64,000 nucleotides of DNA from an uncultured delta proteobacterium (GTDB taxonomy: Bacteria > Myxococcota_A > Polyangia > Polyangiales > Houyiibacteriaceae), in assembly GCA_963699755.1 (NCBI GenBank), contig CAVOVB010000008.1, forward strand, positions 147,638 to 211,637, read 5' to 3'. This document shows, one piece after another, positions 49,682 through 59,515 of the stretch. A program made the translations under genes and the position numbers. Numbering within the stretch: the stretch's first letter is position 1; each line of letters begins with the position of its first letter. A model generated the notes under the pieces. The model searched no databases, was not told where the DNA came from, and saw only the letters and a program-made list of their open reading frames with translations.

Positions 49682-51157
49682 TCAGCCTACGAGAGGGGGT
49701 GGGGGCTCGAATCCTCCTCTTACTTCGGTGAGGAGCTCCGCGAAGCGGATCGTGGTCCTGTCACCCAGGAACGGGCCGACGATTTGGATGTTCACGGGGA
49801 GGCCACCGGGACTGATGCCGACTGGTGCGCTGGTTGCCGGCAAGAACGCGGCCGTCGCCAGCGCGATCCAGCAGACGTGATCCATGTATGGGCGCTTCTC
49901 TCCATTGACGATGAGCCTCCGCGAGAGCTGGTTGCCTTCGGTCTGATGCGGGAACGCGGTCACAGGGACGACTGGTGTGAGCAAAACATCGATGTCTTCG
50001 AAGAGCTCGCTGCATTGCCACCGTAGCTTCGTGCGCCCTTCGTTTGTACGGTTCCATTCGGAATGTGATTGCAGCATCCCGCGCACGGCATTCTTCGTGA
50101 CGAGATCGGTCTTGATGCCAAGGCGTTCGGCGATTGCGTAGTAGGGCCCGAGGATGTGTGTCATCACCTGGAGCGGCATTGGCATGTCTCCTCCGATGAC
50201 GCCCATCAGCAATCGAACGTACAAAGGCACGATTGTCTCCAGTTGAAGCGGCGCGCCGATGTCCACCAGCTTCACGTGTGGTCGCAGCGCATCGATGGTC
50301 CTCTCGAGCTCCTCGCGAACGCTCGAGTCAATCGGGCAGAGCGGGTCGTCCAGCCAGTAACCAACCCTGAAATCCTTCAACCGCTCGGCGCGCGAGGCCG
50401 GCAACTCCAGTGCCCATCCATCTCGCATCAACGTATCGGGACCCGCGATGACATCCAGCGCTAGCTGCAAGTCAGCAGCCGTTCGCGCAAGCGGGCCAAC
50501 TACGGCCAGGTCCGGCTCACTCTTTGTACCTGGCGGCCCGGGAATGTGTCCCCGCCCAGGGACGATCCCGTGCGAAGGTTTGTGCCCGTAGACTCCGCAG
50601 TAGCTCGCGGGGGTCCGAATCGAGCCGCCGATGTCGCTGCCGATCTCCAACGAAACAAGGCCGGCGGCCAGGGATGCCGCGGCGCCACCCGAGGAACCCC
50701 CAACCGTTCGCGTCAGGTCCCAGGGGTTGTTGGTGCGCCCGTAGACTGAATTGTAGGTCTGCCAGTCGCCCGCGTAGATGGGCAAGTTGGTCTTCCCAAC
50801 AATGATCGCGCCCGCCTCGCGCGCGCGGCGCACCGCGACCGCGTCTTCCGTCGGCACATGATGGCGAAGCTCCGGTGCGCCTGACGTCGTCACCAGACCC
50901 GCGGTCTCCAAGGAGTCCTTGATCGTCATCGGCAGGCCGTGCAGCGCGCCGCGCTCCTCCCCGTTCGCGCGTGCAGCGTCCGCCAGCCGGGCGGTCTCCC
51001 GTCCGCGGTCGTAGTCCTTCGCCACCACCGCATTCAGCTCTGGATTCAAAGCCTCGATGCGCGCGATGCAAGCGTCTACGAGCTCCAGAGAGCTGACCTC
51101 GCGGTTTCGTAGCGCTGCCAACGACTCCGAGGCAGACCAGAAGCTCAACTCATCCAT
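49682..51157 (-). CDS. Amidase (amidase signature family)
   Basis: ATG 51157. TIKDS (Lys), GGSSGGAAA and IGSDIGGSIRTPA (Ser-cisSer-Lys triad). Confidence 0.92.
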   Translation of the reverse strand: MDELSFWSASESLAALRNREVSSLELVDACIARIEALNPELNAVVAKDYDRGRETARLADAARANGEERGALHGLPMTIKDSLETAGLVTTSGAPELRHHVPTEDAVAVRRAREAGAIIVGKTNLPIYAGDWQTYNSVYGRTNNPWDLTRTVGGSSGGAAASLAAGLVSLEIGSDIGGSIRTPASYCGVYGHKPSHGIVPGRGHIPGPPGTKSEPDLAVVGPLARTAADLQLALDVIAGPDTLMRDGWALELPASRAERLKDFRVGYWLDDPLCPIDSSVREELERTIDALRPHVKLVDIGAPLQLETIVPLYVRLLMGVIGGDMPMPLQVMTHILGPYYAIAERLGIKTDLVTKNAVRGMLQSHSEWNRTNEGRTKLRWQCSELFEDIDVLLTPVVPVTAFPHQTEGNQLSRRLIVNGEKRPYMDHVCWIALATAAFLPATSAPVGISPGGLPVNIQIVGPFLGDRTTIRFAELLTEVRGGFEPPPPLVG

Positions 51158-51253
51158 CGTGTCTAAGCGTACCTCACGCGTGACGACGTTCACCGCATTT
51201 TTTGCGATGCGCCCTTGGCTTGTTCTGCGGGTGGCGCAGGCTAGTGTCGAAGC

Positions 51254-52015
51254 ATGCGTGCCGAAACTCAGAGGCGTCTTGCGTCGAAGCGGTGGCTTCG
51301 CAGTCGGCTGACCGAAGGAGAGTGACCCCGGGAGGGGTGGAGGCAACTCCTGGAGTCAAGCTGGGACCATCTCTTGGCCACTCCTGTGTACGAGTTGATC
51401 GACTCGGCGACAGCCAAGGAGGCCGCGGACCGCTTCATGGACCCGGTCCCATCACTGAGCTCTCGCGCCCCATCGTGGCGAGGCGGCGGAGGCGGTTCTC
51501 AACGACGCGCTATACCGCGCGTTGACCGACTTCTCGACGCTCCTTCCGCGTCTGCTGGTCAAGCTCTCGCCCGTTGGGCGCCTCGGAGTCCTGGGCAGTG
51601 CGGGCGCCTTCGCTGAGAAGCTGGTGGTGGAGCTTGAAAGGCGAATCGAGCCTGAGATCAAGTCGTTTCTCGCAGAGAGCACGGAGCGAATCTTGGCGCG
51701 CGCGGCCGAGTTCACCATTGCCAAGCTCGACGATCCCGCCTCGATCGAGTTTCGGGTCGAGCTCATCCGCTTTGTCCTATCGAAATCCCCGGCGTTTCTC
51801 TTGGAAGCTGCGGACGTCCAGCTGATTGGGGACATCGGAACCGTGGCGAAGCCCTCCAGCTCGAAGGCGTCGAGGTGCGTCCCCCGCTCGACGCCTTGGC
51901 CGAGGCAACCTGGCCGGCGTTCACGACCTTGCTCGAAGGCCCGCAAGCCCAACTCTGGATGGACACGCTCCTCGACGAGTTGATCGACGAGCACGAACGC
52001 CTCGCGTCCAGCTAG
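51254..52015 (+). pseudogene. Decayed gene for a helical hypothetical protein
   Basis: ATG 51254 and an in-frame TGA at 51323-51325. Protein-like text then continues across at least three frame switches (about 51450, 51480 and 51845) to TAG at 52015. Confidence 0.6.
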
Positions 52016-52040
52016 TCACCTAGACGTGCGCGCCGTCCGC

Positions 52041-53591
52041 TCAGTGCGCGGATGGCTCCAGCTTCTCCATCGCCTGATCGACGGTGAAGCTGGCCGCCTT
52101 CTGCCTCGGCGGGAATTCCTTGAACGTCTCCCGGAAGTTGCCAACGATCGCCTGGGCGCCGTAGAGCATGTAGGCACGGTCGACCATCCAGTCGTAGTAC
52201 GTGTTCGAGGTGATCTCCGCCCGCTCGTAGGGGTCGCGGCGCAAGTTGAAGATCAACGGCAGGCGCAAGGGAACGAAAGGATCCATCCAAACGCGAAGCG
52301 TACCGACGGTCTTCTGTTCCATGAACACTGCCTTCCAGTCGTTGTATCGCACCGCCGTCAAATCGCCGTCGTCCGAGAAGTAGAAGACCTCCTTGCGAGG
52401 AGCCTTGTCTTCCTTGCCGGTGAGGTAGGGCAGGAAGTTGTAGCCGTCGAGGTGCACCCGGAAGCCCTTTTGGCGTCGCTTCTTCTTCTGCTTGAGCTTC
52501 TCCTTGATGTTCGGGTCGCCCGCCATCGCGAGAAAGCTCGGCAGCCAGTCCATGTGGTGCATGATCTCGTTCGAGACCGACCCAGCCTCGATCTTGCCGG
52601 GCCAGCGCACCATCGCGGGGACCCGCCAACCGCCTTCCCAGTTGGTGTTCTTCTCGCCACGGAACGGCGTCGCGGCGGCGTCGGGCCAGGTGTTGTAGTG
52701 CGGCCCGTTGTCCGTGCTGTACATCACGAAAGTCTCCTCGGCGATGCCGAGCCTATCGAGCAAGCCGAGGAGCTGTCCGACGTGCATGTCGTGCTCGACC
52801 ATCCCGTCCGCGTACTCGTCCTGCCCGGAGATGCCCCGGTGCTCGGCTTTCACGTGCGTTCGGAAGTGCATCCGCGTACCGTTCCACCAGACGAAGAAGG
52901 GCTTGCCGTCCTCGTGGGCCTGCTCGATGAAGCGAATTGCCGCCGCAACGGTTTCGTCGTCGATCGTCTCCATGCGCTTCTTGGTGAGCGGCCCGGTGTC
53001 CTCGATGCGGCCATCCGCGTAGCTGTGAATCACGCCGCGGGGCCCAAAGCGTTTCTTGAATTCGGGATTCTTCGGGTAGTCCTCGTTCTCCGGCTCTTCT
53101 TCCGCGTTCAGGTGATAGAGGTTGCCCAGAAACTCGTCGAAACCGTGATTGGTCGGGAGCATCTCGTCCTTGTCACCGAGATGATTCTTCCCGAACTGCC
53201 CGGTCGCGTAGCCGTGCGGCTTGAGCAGCTCGGCGATGGTTGGGTCTTTTGCGCTCAGGCCCTGATCGGCGCCTGGCATCCCAACCTTGCTCAGGCCCGT
53301 TCGGAACACGCTCTGGCCCGTAATGAACGCCGAGCGGCCTGCAGTACAGCTCTGCTCCCCGTAGTAGTCGGTGAAGATCATGCCCTCGGCAGCCACTCGG
53401 TCGATGTTCGGTGTCCGGTAGCCAACCAGCCCCATCGTATAGGCGCTGATGTTCGATTGGCCGATGTCGTCACCCCAGATGACCAGAATGTTGGGTTTGG
53501 CTTCTTTCGTTTCGACTTCCGCAGCGACTGACGCCGCCGTGCTCAACCATGCCAGTCCTAGAAATACAGCGCTCCACTTTGCTCGCATCAT
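52041..53591 (-). CDS. Arylsulfatase (Cys-type), secreted
   Basis: Signal peptide, KPNILVIWGDDIG, SCTAGRSAFITG, FGKNHLGD and STDNG. Confidence 0.93.
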   Translation of the reverse strand: MMRAKWSAVFLGLAWLSTAASVAAEVETKEAKPNILVIWGDDIGQSNISAYTMGLVGYRTPNIDRVAAEGMIFTDYYGEQSCTAGRSAFITGQSVFRTGLSKVGMPGADQGLSAKDPTIAELLKPHGYATGQFGKNHLGDKDEMLPTNHGFDEFLGNLYHLNAEEEPENEDYPKNPEFKKRFGPRGVIHSYADGRIEDTGPLTKKRMETIDDETVAAAIRFIEQAHEDGKPFFVWWNGTRMHFRTHVKAEHRGISGQDEYADGMVEHDMHVGQLLGLLDRLGIAEETFVMYSTDNGPHYNTWPDAAATPFRGEKNTNWEGGWRVPAMVRWPGKIEAGSVSNEIMHHMDWLPSFLAMAGDPNIKEKLKQKKKRRQKGFRVHLDGYNFLPYLTGKEDKAPRKEVFYFSDDGDLTAVRYNDWKAVFMEQKTVGTLRVWMDPFVPLRLPLIFNLRRDPYERAEITSNTYYDWMVDRAYMLYGAQAIVGNFRETFKEFPPRQKAASFTVDQAMEKLEPSAH

Positions 53592-53799
53592 TCGAATCTC
53601 CAGAACCTCGTAGAAGGCGACGAACCTAGCGTCGCAATTTGTTTCGGTCAACACCGGTTCCTGACGCTCTCTTGACCGGGGCGCATGGGCGGGGAGAATC
53701 GTTCGAGCGCACGCATGAAGACTGCGGCCGAGGCCTCCCGACGACGGCCAGGCGCTTCCCAAGCTGAGGAATCGATACTATACGCTCGCCTCAAGCGTT

Positions 53800-55257
53800 G
53801 TGACCCAGACCATTGCCGAGCTGAGAACCAGGAGAGCTCTGTGGAGCGACGCCGCCCATCGTACCGCAGCCATCGGCCTCACCGGTGTGATTCTGATCTA
53901 TGTTGGCTTCGGGCTGTTCCACGTCTTCGCGCTCCAGATCTACAAGCCCGGGGACGAGAAACGCCACACCCAGTACGTCGTCATTCTCGAATCCGCAGGC
54001 CGCCTGCCCACGATGCAGGAGACGCGGGCAGCCAATCATCCACCCCTCTACTACGCGTTGCTTGCAAAAACCGTCATGCGAGGCGTCGATTCCACCGATG
54101 GGATTGCTCGGCAAGTCCGAGGGGCACGCGTCGTCTCGATGCTGTTCGGAGCCGTCTCGCTCATTTACGCGTTTCTGATCATCCGTCTCGTCTTGCCGCG
54201 ACATCCGGCATTGGCGGTTCATGCCACCGCGATCATGGCGGTCATCCCGTCCTATGCGAACATCTCCTCCGCTCTCGGAAACGACTCGATGGCGCTCGCT
54301 GCGCAGTTCGCAATGATCTATGCGGCTCTGCTGATTCTCCTTCGCGGTCCCAGTTGGCCTCGCTGCCTGCAATTGGCTCTGTACCTGTCGATAGTAGGAC
54401 TCACCAGGGTGTCCGGCGTGCTGGTCATTCCGGCGGCACTGCTCGCGGTAGGGGCGGGTGCCTGGTGGCACCTCGAAGGTTCGCGTTCGCGCCGAGCCAG
54501 GTTGGCACTGCTCATCAGCGGCCTGCTGGCGGCCAGCGTCTTCCTTTCATCGGCCTGGTTCTACTTGCGCAACATCTCGACCTCCGGGGATCCAACAGGG
54601 CAGGCCGCGCTTCTCGAACAGGTCCGCTATCACCCCGTGCGCTCGCTGCTCGCGGTGTTCTTCGACGGGAGCAAATGGTTGGAGATCCACGACGAGACCT
54701 GGGGGCGACTCGCCGGCGGGGTTCGGATCGAGGGCAGCTTGCGCCTGCTCGCCAGGATGCTGACGGTGATTTCACTTCTCGGCGCGGCGGTGGCGCTGTG
54801 GCAAGCACGAGCTTGGCGGCGGCTTCGGGACTGGCGCACACCGACCGTCTTCTCCTGGTTGATTCTTGCGGGCGTGTTCGCCAGTGTCTTTCTTCCCGCG
54901 CTGGCGTATCACGCACGCGGCGGAGGGTTGCACCAGCGCTACCTGTTTGGGGCGCTCTACCTCTTCGCCCTCTTGCTTGCCGTTGGCTTCACATGGACCA
55001 AGCGGAGCCTCGGGCCGGTCGCAGGCTATTGTGCCACCTTCCTCCTCGGCTTCTCGCTCCAGCTGACCTACGCCGCGCTGATCGTCAAGAAGGTCAAGAC
55101 GTTCCCACTCGAGCAAGCGCTTGCCAACGGCAGCAATCAGCCAGGCCTTCTGGCGGAGGGCATCATGGTGGGGCTGACCCTCGGGTTCATCGCTGTGATT
55201 TGTGCGCTCGCCGAGCTTCACCGCCCGCTTGCAGACGACGCGGCGCCTGTGTCATGA
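53800..55257 (+). CDS. Multi-pass membrane protein, predicted GT-C glycosyltransferase (DUF2142/ArnT-like)
   Basis: GDEKRH..YV after TM1, NHPPLYY, GND, WFYLRN..GDP and QRYLF. Confidence 0.7.
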   Translation: MTQTIAELRTRRALWSDAAHRTAAIGLTGVILIYVGFGLFHVFALQIYKPGDEKRHTQYVVILESAGRLPTMQETRAANHPPLYYALLAKTVMRGVDSTDGIARQVRGARVVSMLFGAVSLIYAFLIIRLVLPRHPALAVHATAIMAVIPSYANISSALGNDSMALAAQFAMIYAALLILLRGPSWPRCLQLALYLSIVGLTRVSGVLVIPAALLAVGAGAWWHLEGSRSRRARLALLISGLLAASVFLSSAWFYLRNISTSGDPTGQAALLEQVRYHPVRSLLAVFFDGSKWLEIHDETWGRLAGGVRIEGSLRLLARMLTVISLLGAAVALWQARAWRRLRDWRTPTVFSWLILAGVFASVFLPALAYHARGGGLHQRYLFGALYLFALLLAVGFTWTKRSLGPVAGYCATFLLGFSLQLTYAALIVKKVKTFPLEQALANGSNQPGLLAEGIMVGLTLGFIAVICALAELHRPLADDAAPVS

Positions 55258-55267
55258 ACCCTACGCA

Positions 55268-56251
55268 GTGGCGATAGCAGACCAGCTTTCGGTGGTGATC
55301 CCCGCCTACAACGAAGAGGATGGGATCGGCCGTACACTCAGAGGGCTTCGCGATGCGCTGCCGACTTGCGAGGTCATCGTCGTCGACGACGGAAGCTCCG
55401 ACGCAACGGTCGAACAAGCGAAGTCCGTGCCCGGTGTGAGGCTCCTCAAGCACCGCTACAATCGCGGCTACGGGGGTGCGCTCAAAACCGGCATGAGGGC
55501 GGCCACCCGGCCGTACGTGGCATGGTTTGACGCGGACAATGAGCACCGCGTCGAGGATTTGGAACGCATGGCGCGTCGGATCGACGACGAGGGGCTCATC
55601 GCGGTCATTGGACGGCGACCCAAGGCGGGGCCGTCTGTGGTTCGAAACTACGGCAAGTTCGCCATTCGCATGCTGGCACGCTCGCTCGGCGTGGACATCG
55701 GCAAAGACCTGAATTGTGGCTTGCGGGTGTTTCAGCGCTCGGTGATCCTTCGCTACCTGCTGCTCCTGCCCGATTCGTTCAGCGCGAGCATGACGAGCAC
55801 CATGGTGCTCATCGAAGAGGGTCACCGTTTCGACTTCGAGGACATTCAGGTCAGGGAGCGTATCGGAACCAGCAAGGTGCAGCTCGAAGACGGTTTCTTC
55901 ACCTTGGCGCTGGTTCTTCGGATGGTGATGCTCTTCGCGCCCCTCCGAATTTTTCTGAGCTTCGGCGCCTTCTTCTTGCTCAGCGGAACCGCGTACGGCC
56001 TGGTGCGGGCCGTCGTGAGCGGACGCGGGCTCCCGGTGGCCGCCCTGCTGCTCATCGTGACCGGCGTGCTTCTGCTGATGTTCGGCCTAGTAGCGGACCA
56101 GATCAGCCTTCTTCGTTTGTCCCAAGTCAGCGGCCCTTCGGAGGATGACCACGAAGAGTTGTTCACGGGCGCGCTCCCTTCTTCGACCAAAGAGGCGGCC
56201 CCTACGCCGGCGCTAGCTCGCGATGGCGCGGATCACGAGGCCCCAACTTAG
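55268..56251 (+). CDS. GT2 glycosyltransferase with C-terminal TMs (DPM1-like)
   Basis: SVVIPAYNEE, VDDGSSD, NRGYGGALKTG, FDADNEH and DLNCGLR. Confidence 0.9.
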   Translation: MAIADQLSVVIPAYNEEDGIGRTLRGLRDALPTCEVIVVDDGSSDATVEQAKSVPGVRLLKHRYNRGYGGALKTGMRAATRPYVAWFDADNEHRVEDLERMARRIDDEGLIAVIGRRPKAGPSVVRNYGKFAIRMLARSLGVDIGKDLNCGLRVFQRSVILRYLLLLPDSFSASMTSTMVLIEEGHRFDFEDIQVRERIGTSKVQLEDGFFTLALVLRMVMLFAPLRIFLSFGAFFLLSGTAYGLVRAVVSGRGLPVAALLLIVTGVLLLMFGLVADQISLLRLSQVSGPSEDDHEELFTGALPSSTKEAAPTPALARDGADHEAPT

Positions 56252-57112
56252 CCCACGAATCCCCGGTACCCGGGAGAGGACGTCATCGAGCTTGATCAGA
56301 CTTGGAGCCATCTTCGCCACCGGAAGAAATTTCCCGAAGTTCGTGATGTCAGGAAATCCGAGCAGCGGGTAGGCGATGTAGCCGACGTAATGCACCTCTT
56401 CGATTTTCAGATGAGGTCCCAAGATGTCGCGCATCTCGCGGACCGTGAAATTCTTGTGGTCCTCGTCGAAATGGGACGTTCCACGAACCAGCCGGCGCGG
56501 TAGCTCGGAAACAAAGGTGCGGTTCGGGTCGAGGACGAGGGCTACTCCCTGAGGACGGAGCACGCGGGCCATCTCCCTGGCTCCAGCCTCCGGATCGGGC
56601 AAGTGATGAAGCAAACCACGAGCGAACACGACGTCGAAGCTGTCGTCCACGAATGGGAGGCGACAGGCATCGGCCTGGACGAGATGAACGTCGCTACGGC
56701 AACCCGCCAGTCGTTGCCGCGCGTGCTCGAGCATGCCTGTGCTGATGTCCGTGCCGACGAAGCGCGTCCCCGGCTCGCCCTCGCGAATGAGACGCTCCAG
56801 AAACACGCCATTGCCACAGCCGTTGTCGAGCACGGTGCCCGAGACCCGAGTCAAGGAGAGCATCTGCTGCAAGCCGTGTTCGTGGTAGGCGCGGGCCCAG
56901 GGCAATTTGTATCGAACGTTCTCGTAGAAGTCGGTGACGTAGTCTTGGGTAGCGACTTCGCTGACGTTGATCTCACTTCGGGTTCCGACGAGATGGGGGA
57001 TGCCGTTCACGACTGGGTAGATAGCGCCGCAACGCTCGCATGCGAGCGATTGCTCGTCCTCGCTATGAAGCTCTCCGTGGCAATCGGGGCAACAGCTTGG
57101 GCCGGATGACAT
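56213..57112 (-). CDS. Class I SAM methyltransferase with N-terminal Trm112-like Zn-ribbon
   Basis: CPDC..CERC..YPVVNGIP, VLDNGCGNG, LPFVDDSFD and LHH..E..RVLRP. Confidence 0.88.
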   Translation of the reverse strand: MSSGPSCCPDCHGELHSEDEQSLACERCGAIYPVVNGIPHLVGTRSEINVSEVATQDYVTDFYENVRYKLPWARAYHEHGLQQMLSLTRVSGTVLDNGCGNGVFLERLIREGEPGTRFVGTDISTGMLEHARQRLAGCRSDVHLVQADACRLPFVDDSFDVVFARGLLHHLPDPEAGAREMARVLRPQGVALVLDPNRTFVSELPRRLVRGTSHFDEDHKNFTVREMRDILGPHLKIEEVHYVGYIAYPLLGFPDITNFGKFLPVAKMAPSLIKLDDVLSRVPGIRGLSWGLVIRAIAS

Positions 57113-57159
57113 GGCGAACACCGTAGATGAGGCTGTGCGGTTTGCCCAGCCGACGCTCC

Positions 57160-57579
57160 TCAGGACCTGAAAATCCAAACCTCTCCGGCCGTGAAGTTGA
57201 TGACCGTGCCCACGGCGATGCCTGCGAGATTCGCGATTCGATAGTCGACGCCGAAGAGCTCTACGGCGCCCATCAAGATGATGACGTTGCCGGCGAATGC
57301 TGCCATGACCGCGGCCGCGTGGTATTGAATCACGCGTCGAAAAAAACCCGGCTCGCGAAGCGGCACGCGCCAGGTCCAGGTGTGGTTCAGCACGAAGTTT
57401 GTGAGAATCGAAATCTCGATCGCGATGATGCTCGAGAGCAGCAAGGGTGCGCTGAGTGTGCCGTGAAGAAGCATCAGAAGACCCTGATTGACGACGACGC
57501 CACTCAGTCCGACGACGGCGAAGCGCAGCATGCGTCCGATGGAGCCTTCTCGGAGACGGCCTGGGCGTGGGTCGGTCAT
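57160..57579 (-). CDS. GtrA family flippase
   Basis: RFAVVGLSGVVVN, NFVLNHTWTW, 4 TMs and terminal INF...WIF. Confidence 0.88.
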   Translation of the reverse strand: MTDPRPGRLREGSIGRMLRFAVVGLSGVVVNQGLLMLLHGTLSAPLLLSSIIAIEISILTNFVLNHTWTWRVPLREPGFFRRVIQYHAAAVMAAFAGNVIILMGAVELFGVDYRIANLAGIAVGTVINFTAGEVWIFRS

Positions 57580-57674
57580 AGGCAGGGCGGGCGCACCATA
57601 GTCAGCCCGCGATCGACTTGCCAGGGCACGCCGCGTTCGCTCCGATAGACCGAAGAACAACTCGGTCGGAGCAC

Positions 57675-59405
57675 CTAGTTGGACCTCTCATAGATCGTCA
57701 CCCCGCCCACGAGCGTTTGCTCGACCTCGATATCACGGAGGTCGCCATCATAGTCGAGCGGGTTCTTCGATAGAATCACGAGGTCTGCGAGCTTGCCGGG
57801 TTCGATCGAGCCAATTTGATCTTCGAGTCGAAGTTGCCAGGCGGCGTCGGAGGTCATCGTGCGCAGGGCCTGTTCCACGGAGATGCGTTCATCGGGGCCC
57901 AAGGTTTGGCCGCTCGAGGTTTCGCGCACGACCGGTGCCCAGAGCTGCAACATCGAGTCGATCGGGACGATCGGCGTGTCGAGGTGTGTGGTGAATGGAA
58001 TGCCCAGCTCGACGGCGCTTGCCGCCGGACTGATGCGCGCGGCGCGTTCCGGTCCGAGGAAGATGTCGCGGTGCCGGTCGCCCCAGTAGTAGACGTGCGC
58101 GCTGAAGAAGCTCGGGGTCACGCCGAGTCGTTTCATGCGCTCGAGCTGCTCGGCCCGCGCCATCTGCGCATGCACCAGAATCGGCCGCGCGTCATCGGCG
58201 GGGCAAGCTTCGAGGGCCGCTTCCCAAGCGTCGAGAAACCGATCGATCGCCGCGTCGCCGTTGCCATGGACCGCCAGCTGTTGGCCCGAGCAGTGGATCG
58301 CTTTGACCTGGGCGCCCAGCGTCTCCGCGTCGATGTTCGGGTAGCCGCGATAGTCGGCCGCATGCTCGCCGGGTTGGTAGTAGGGCTCGCTGAGAAAACC
58401 CGTGTATCCCTGAATCGATCCGTCGCCCACCAATTTGGCGGCACCGATATATACCCGGTCGCTCCCATACCGCGCGAGGTCCAGCTTCCCTTCGGCCACC
58501 TCGAGCGCAAGCTCGTCTTTGGGCCAAAGGACCATGCGCTCTGGGATCAGGCCGACCTTGGAGCCGCCGCTCATCCCCTTGATTTGCTCGAGTGGCGCTA
58601 GCCCGTTCTGAACTGTGGTGAACCCTTGCTCGGCATAGGTCTGCGCGGCCGAAAGAACCACGGCGATCTGCTGCAAGGGCGGCATGTCGAGCGCTGCCAT
58701 CTGCAAGGGCCGCGCGGCGGTTTCGATAAGCAAACCGGTCGGCTGCCCCGTCACCGGGTCTTTGCGTATTTCGCCGCCCGGTGGATCGGGGGAATCCGGG
58801 CCGATCCCAAAGCGCTCGAGCGCCAAGGAGTTGACCACCGCCATGTGCGCGGAGATGTGCATGGCGAGGATCGGGCGCGTCGTCGACACCGTGTCGAGCT
58901 CCTCCCGCGTAAAGTGCCGCCTCTCTTCGAGCATCGTGTCGTCGTAACCGAAACCGATCAGCCAACCGTCTCCAGGCTGGGTAGCGTTCGTTTCCCTCAA
59001 CGCTTCCAACGCTTCCGGGATTGTCTTCACTTCGCCGATGGGCGGGCTGTTCAGGTCGGCTGCAATCGCCACGAGCCCGGCGCCCGGGAAATGACCGTGC
59101 GCTTCGATAAATCCGGGCAAGACGGCCCGCCCCTCGAGGTCCCGCACGACGTCCGCATCGGTTACCCAGTGCTGCACCTCTTCATCGCTTCCAACGGCGA
59201 CGATTCGATTCCCTTCGATCACGAGCGCTGTCGCTTGTCGCGCCTCGGCGTCCATCGTGAGGATCCGGCCGTTGGTCCAAACCTGCAGCCCTGGTGGCGC
59301 AGGATGGAGTCGCAGCCAGGCAAGGCCAGCGCCCCCGACGGCGAAAACGAGAAGCGCGACGACGGCCCATGCGATTCCCCGTAAGATCTTTTTCACCGCG
59401 GCCAT
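57675..59405 (-). CDS. Amidohydrolase 3 (YtcJ-like), N-terminally anchored
   Basis: PGFIEAHGH, KLVGDGSIQG, VHGNGDAA, VHAQ, HLDTP and GSIEPGKLAD. Confidence 0.9.
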   Translation of the reverse strand: MAAVKKILRGIAWAVVALLVFAVGGAGLAWLRLHPAPPGLQVWTNGRILTMDAEARQATALVIEGNRIVAVGSDEEVQHWVTDADVVRDLEGRAVLPGFIEAHGHFPGAGLVAIAADLNSPPIGEVKTIPEALEALRETNATQPGDGWLIGFGYDDTMLEERRHFTREELDTVSTTRPILAMHISAHMAVVNSLALERFGIGPDSPDPPGGEIRKDPVTGQPTGLLIETAARPLQMAALDMPPLQQIAVVLSAAQTYAEQGFTTVQNGLAPLEQIKGMSGGSKVGLIPERMVLWPKDELALEVAEGKLDLARYGSDRVYIGAAKLVGDGSIQGYTGFLSEPYYQPGEHAADYRGYPNIDAETLGAQVKAIHCSGQQLAVHGNGDAAIDRFLDAWEAALEACPADDARPILVHAQMARAEQLERMKRLGVTPSFFSAHVYYWGDRHRDIFLGPERAARISPAASAVELGIPFTTHLDTPIVPIDSMLQLWAPVVRETSSGQTLGPDERISVEQALRTMTSDAAWQLRLEDQIGSIEPGKLADLVILSKNPLDYDGDLRDIEVEQTLVGGVTIYERSN

Positions 59406-59499
59406 GCTACGCCCGACGGGGGAAAGCCCGCAACGCCGGAAGTCAGAGGGGGCTTCTGCAGCCTTCCTGACGGCCTTTTTCGGCACGAAAAGCGCGGGC

Positions 59500-59515
59500 T
59501 GTGAGCTCGATCACA
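59500..59515. promoter_or_regulatory. CRP-family operator (TGTGA-N6-TCACA)
   Basis: Exact TGTGAgctcgaTCACA in the divergent intergenic region. An AT-rich patch with TAAAAT lies at 59560-59565. Confidence 0.6.

Noticed and set aside
51323..51325. In-frame TGA as selenocysteine
   Set aside because: There is no redox motif context or evident SECIS, and several downstream frame breaks follow.
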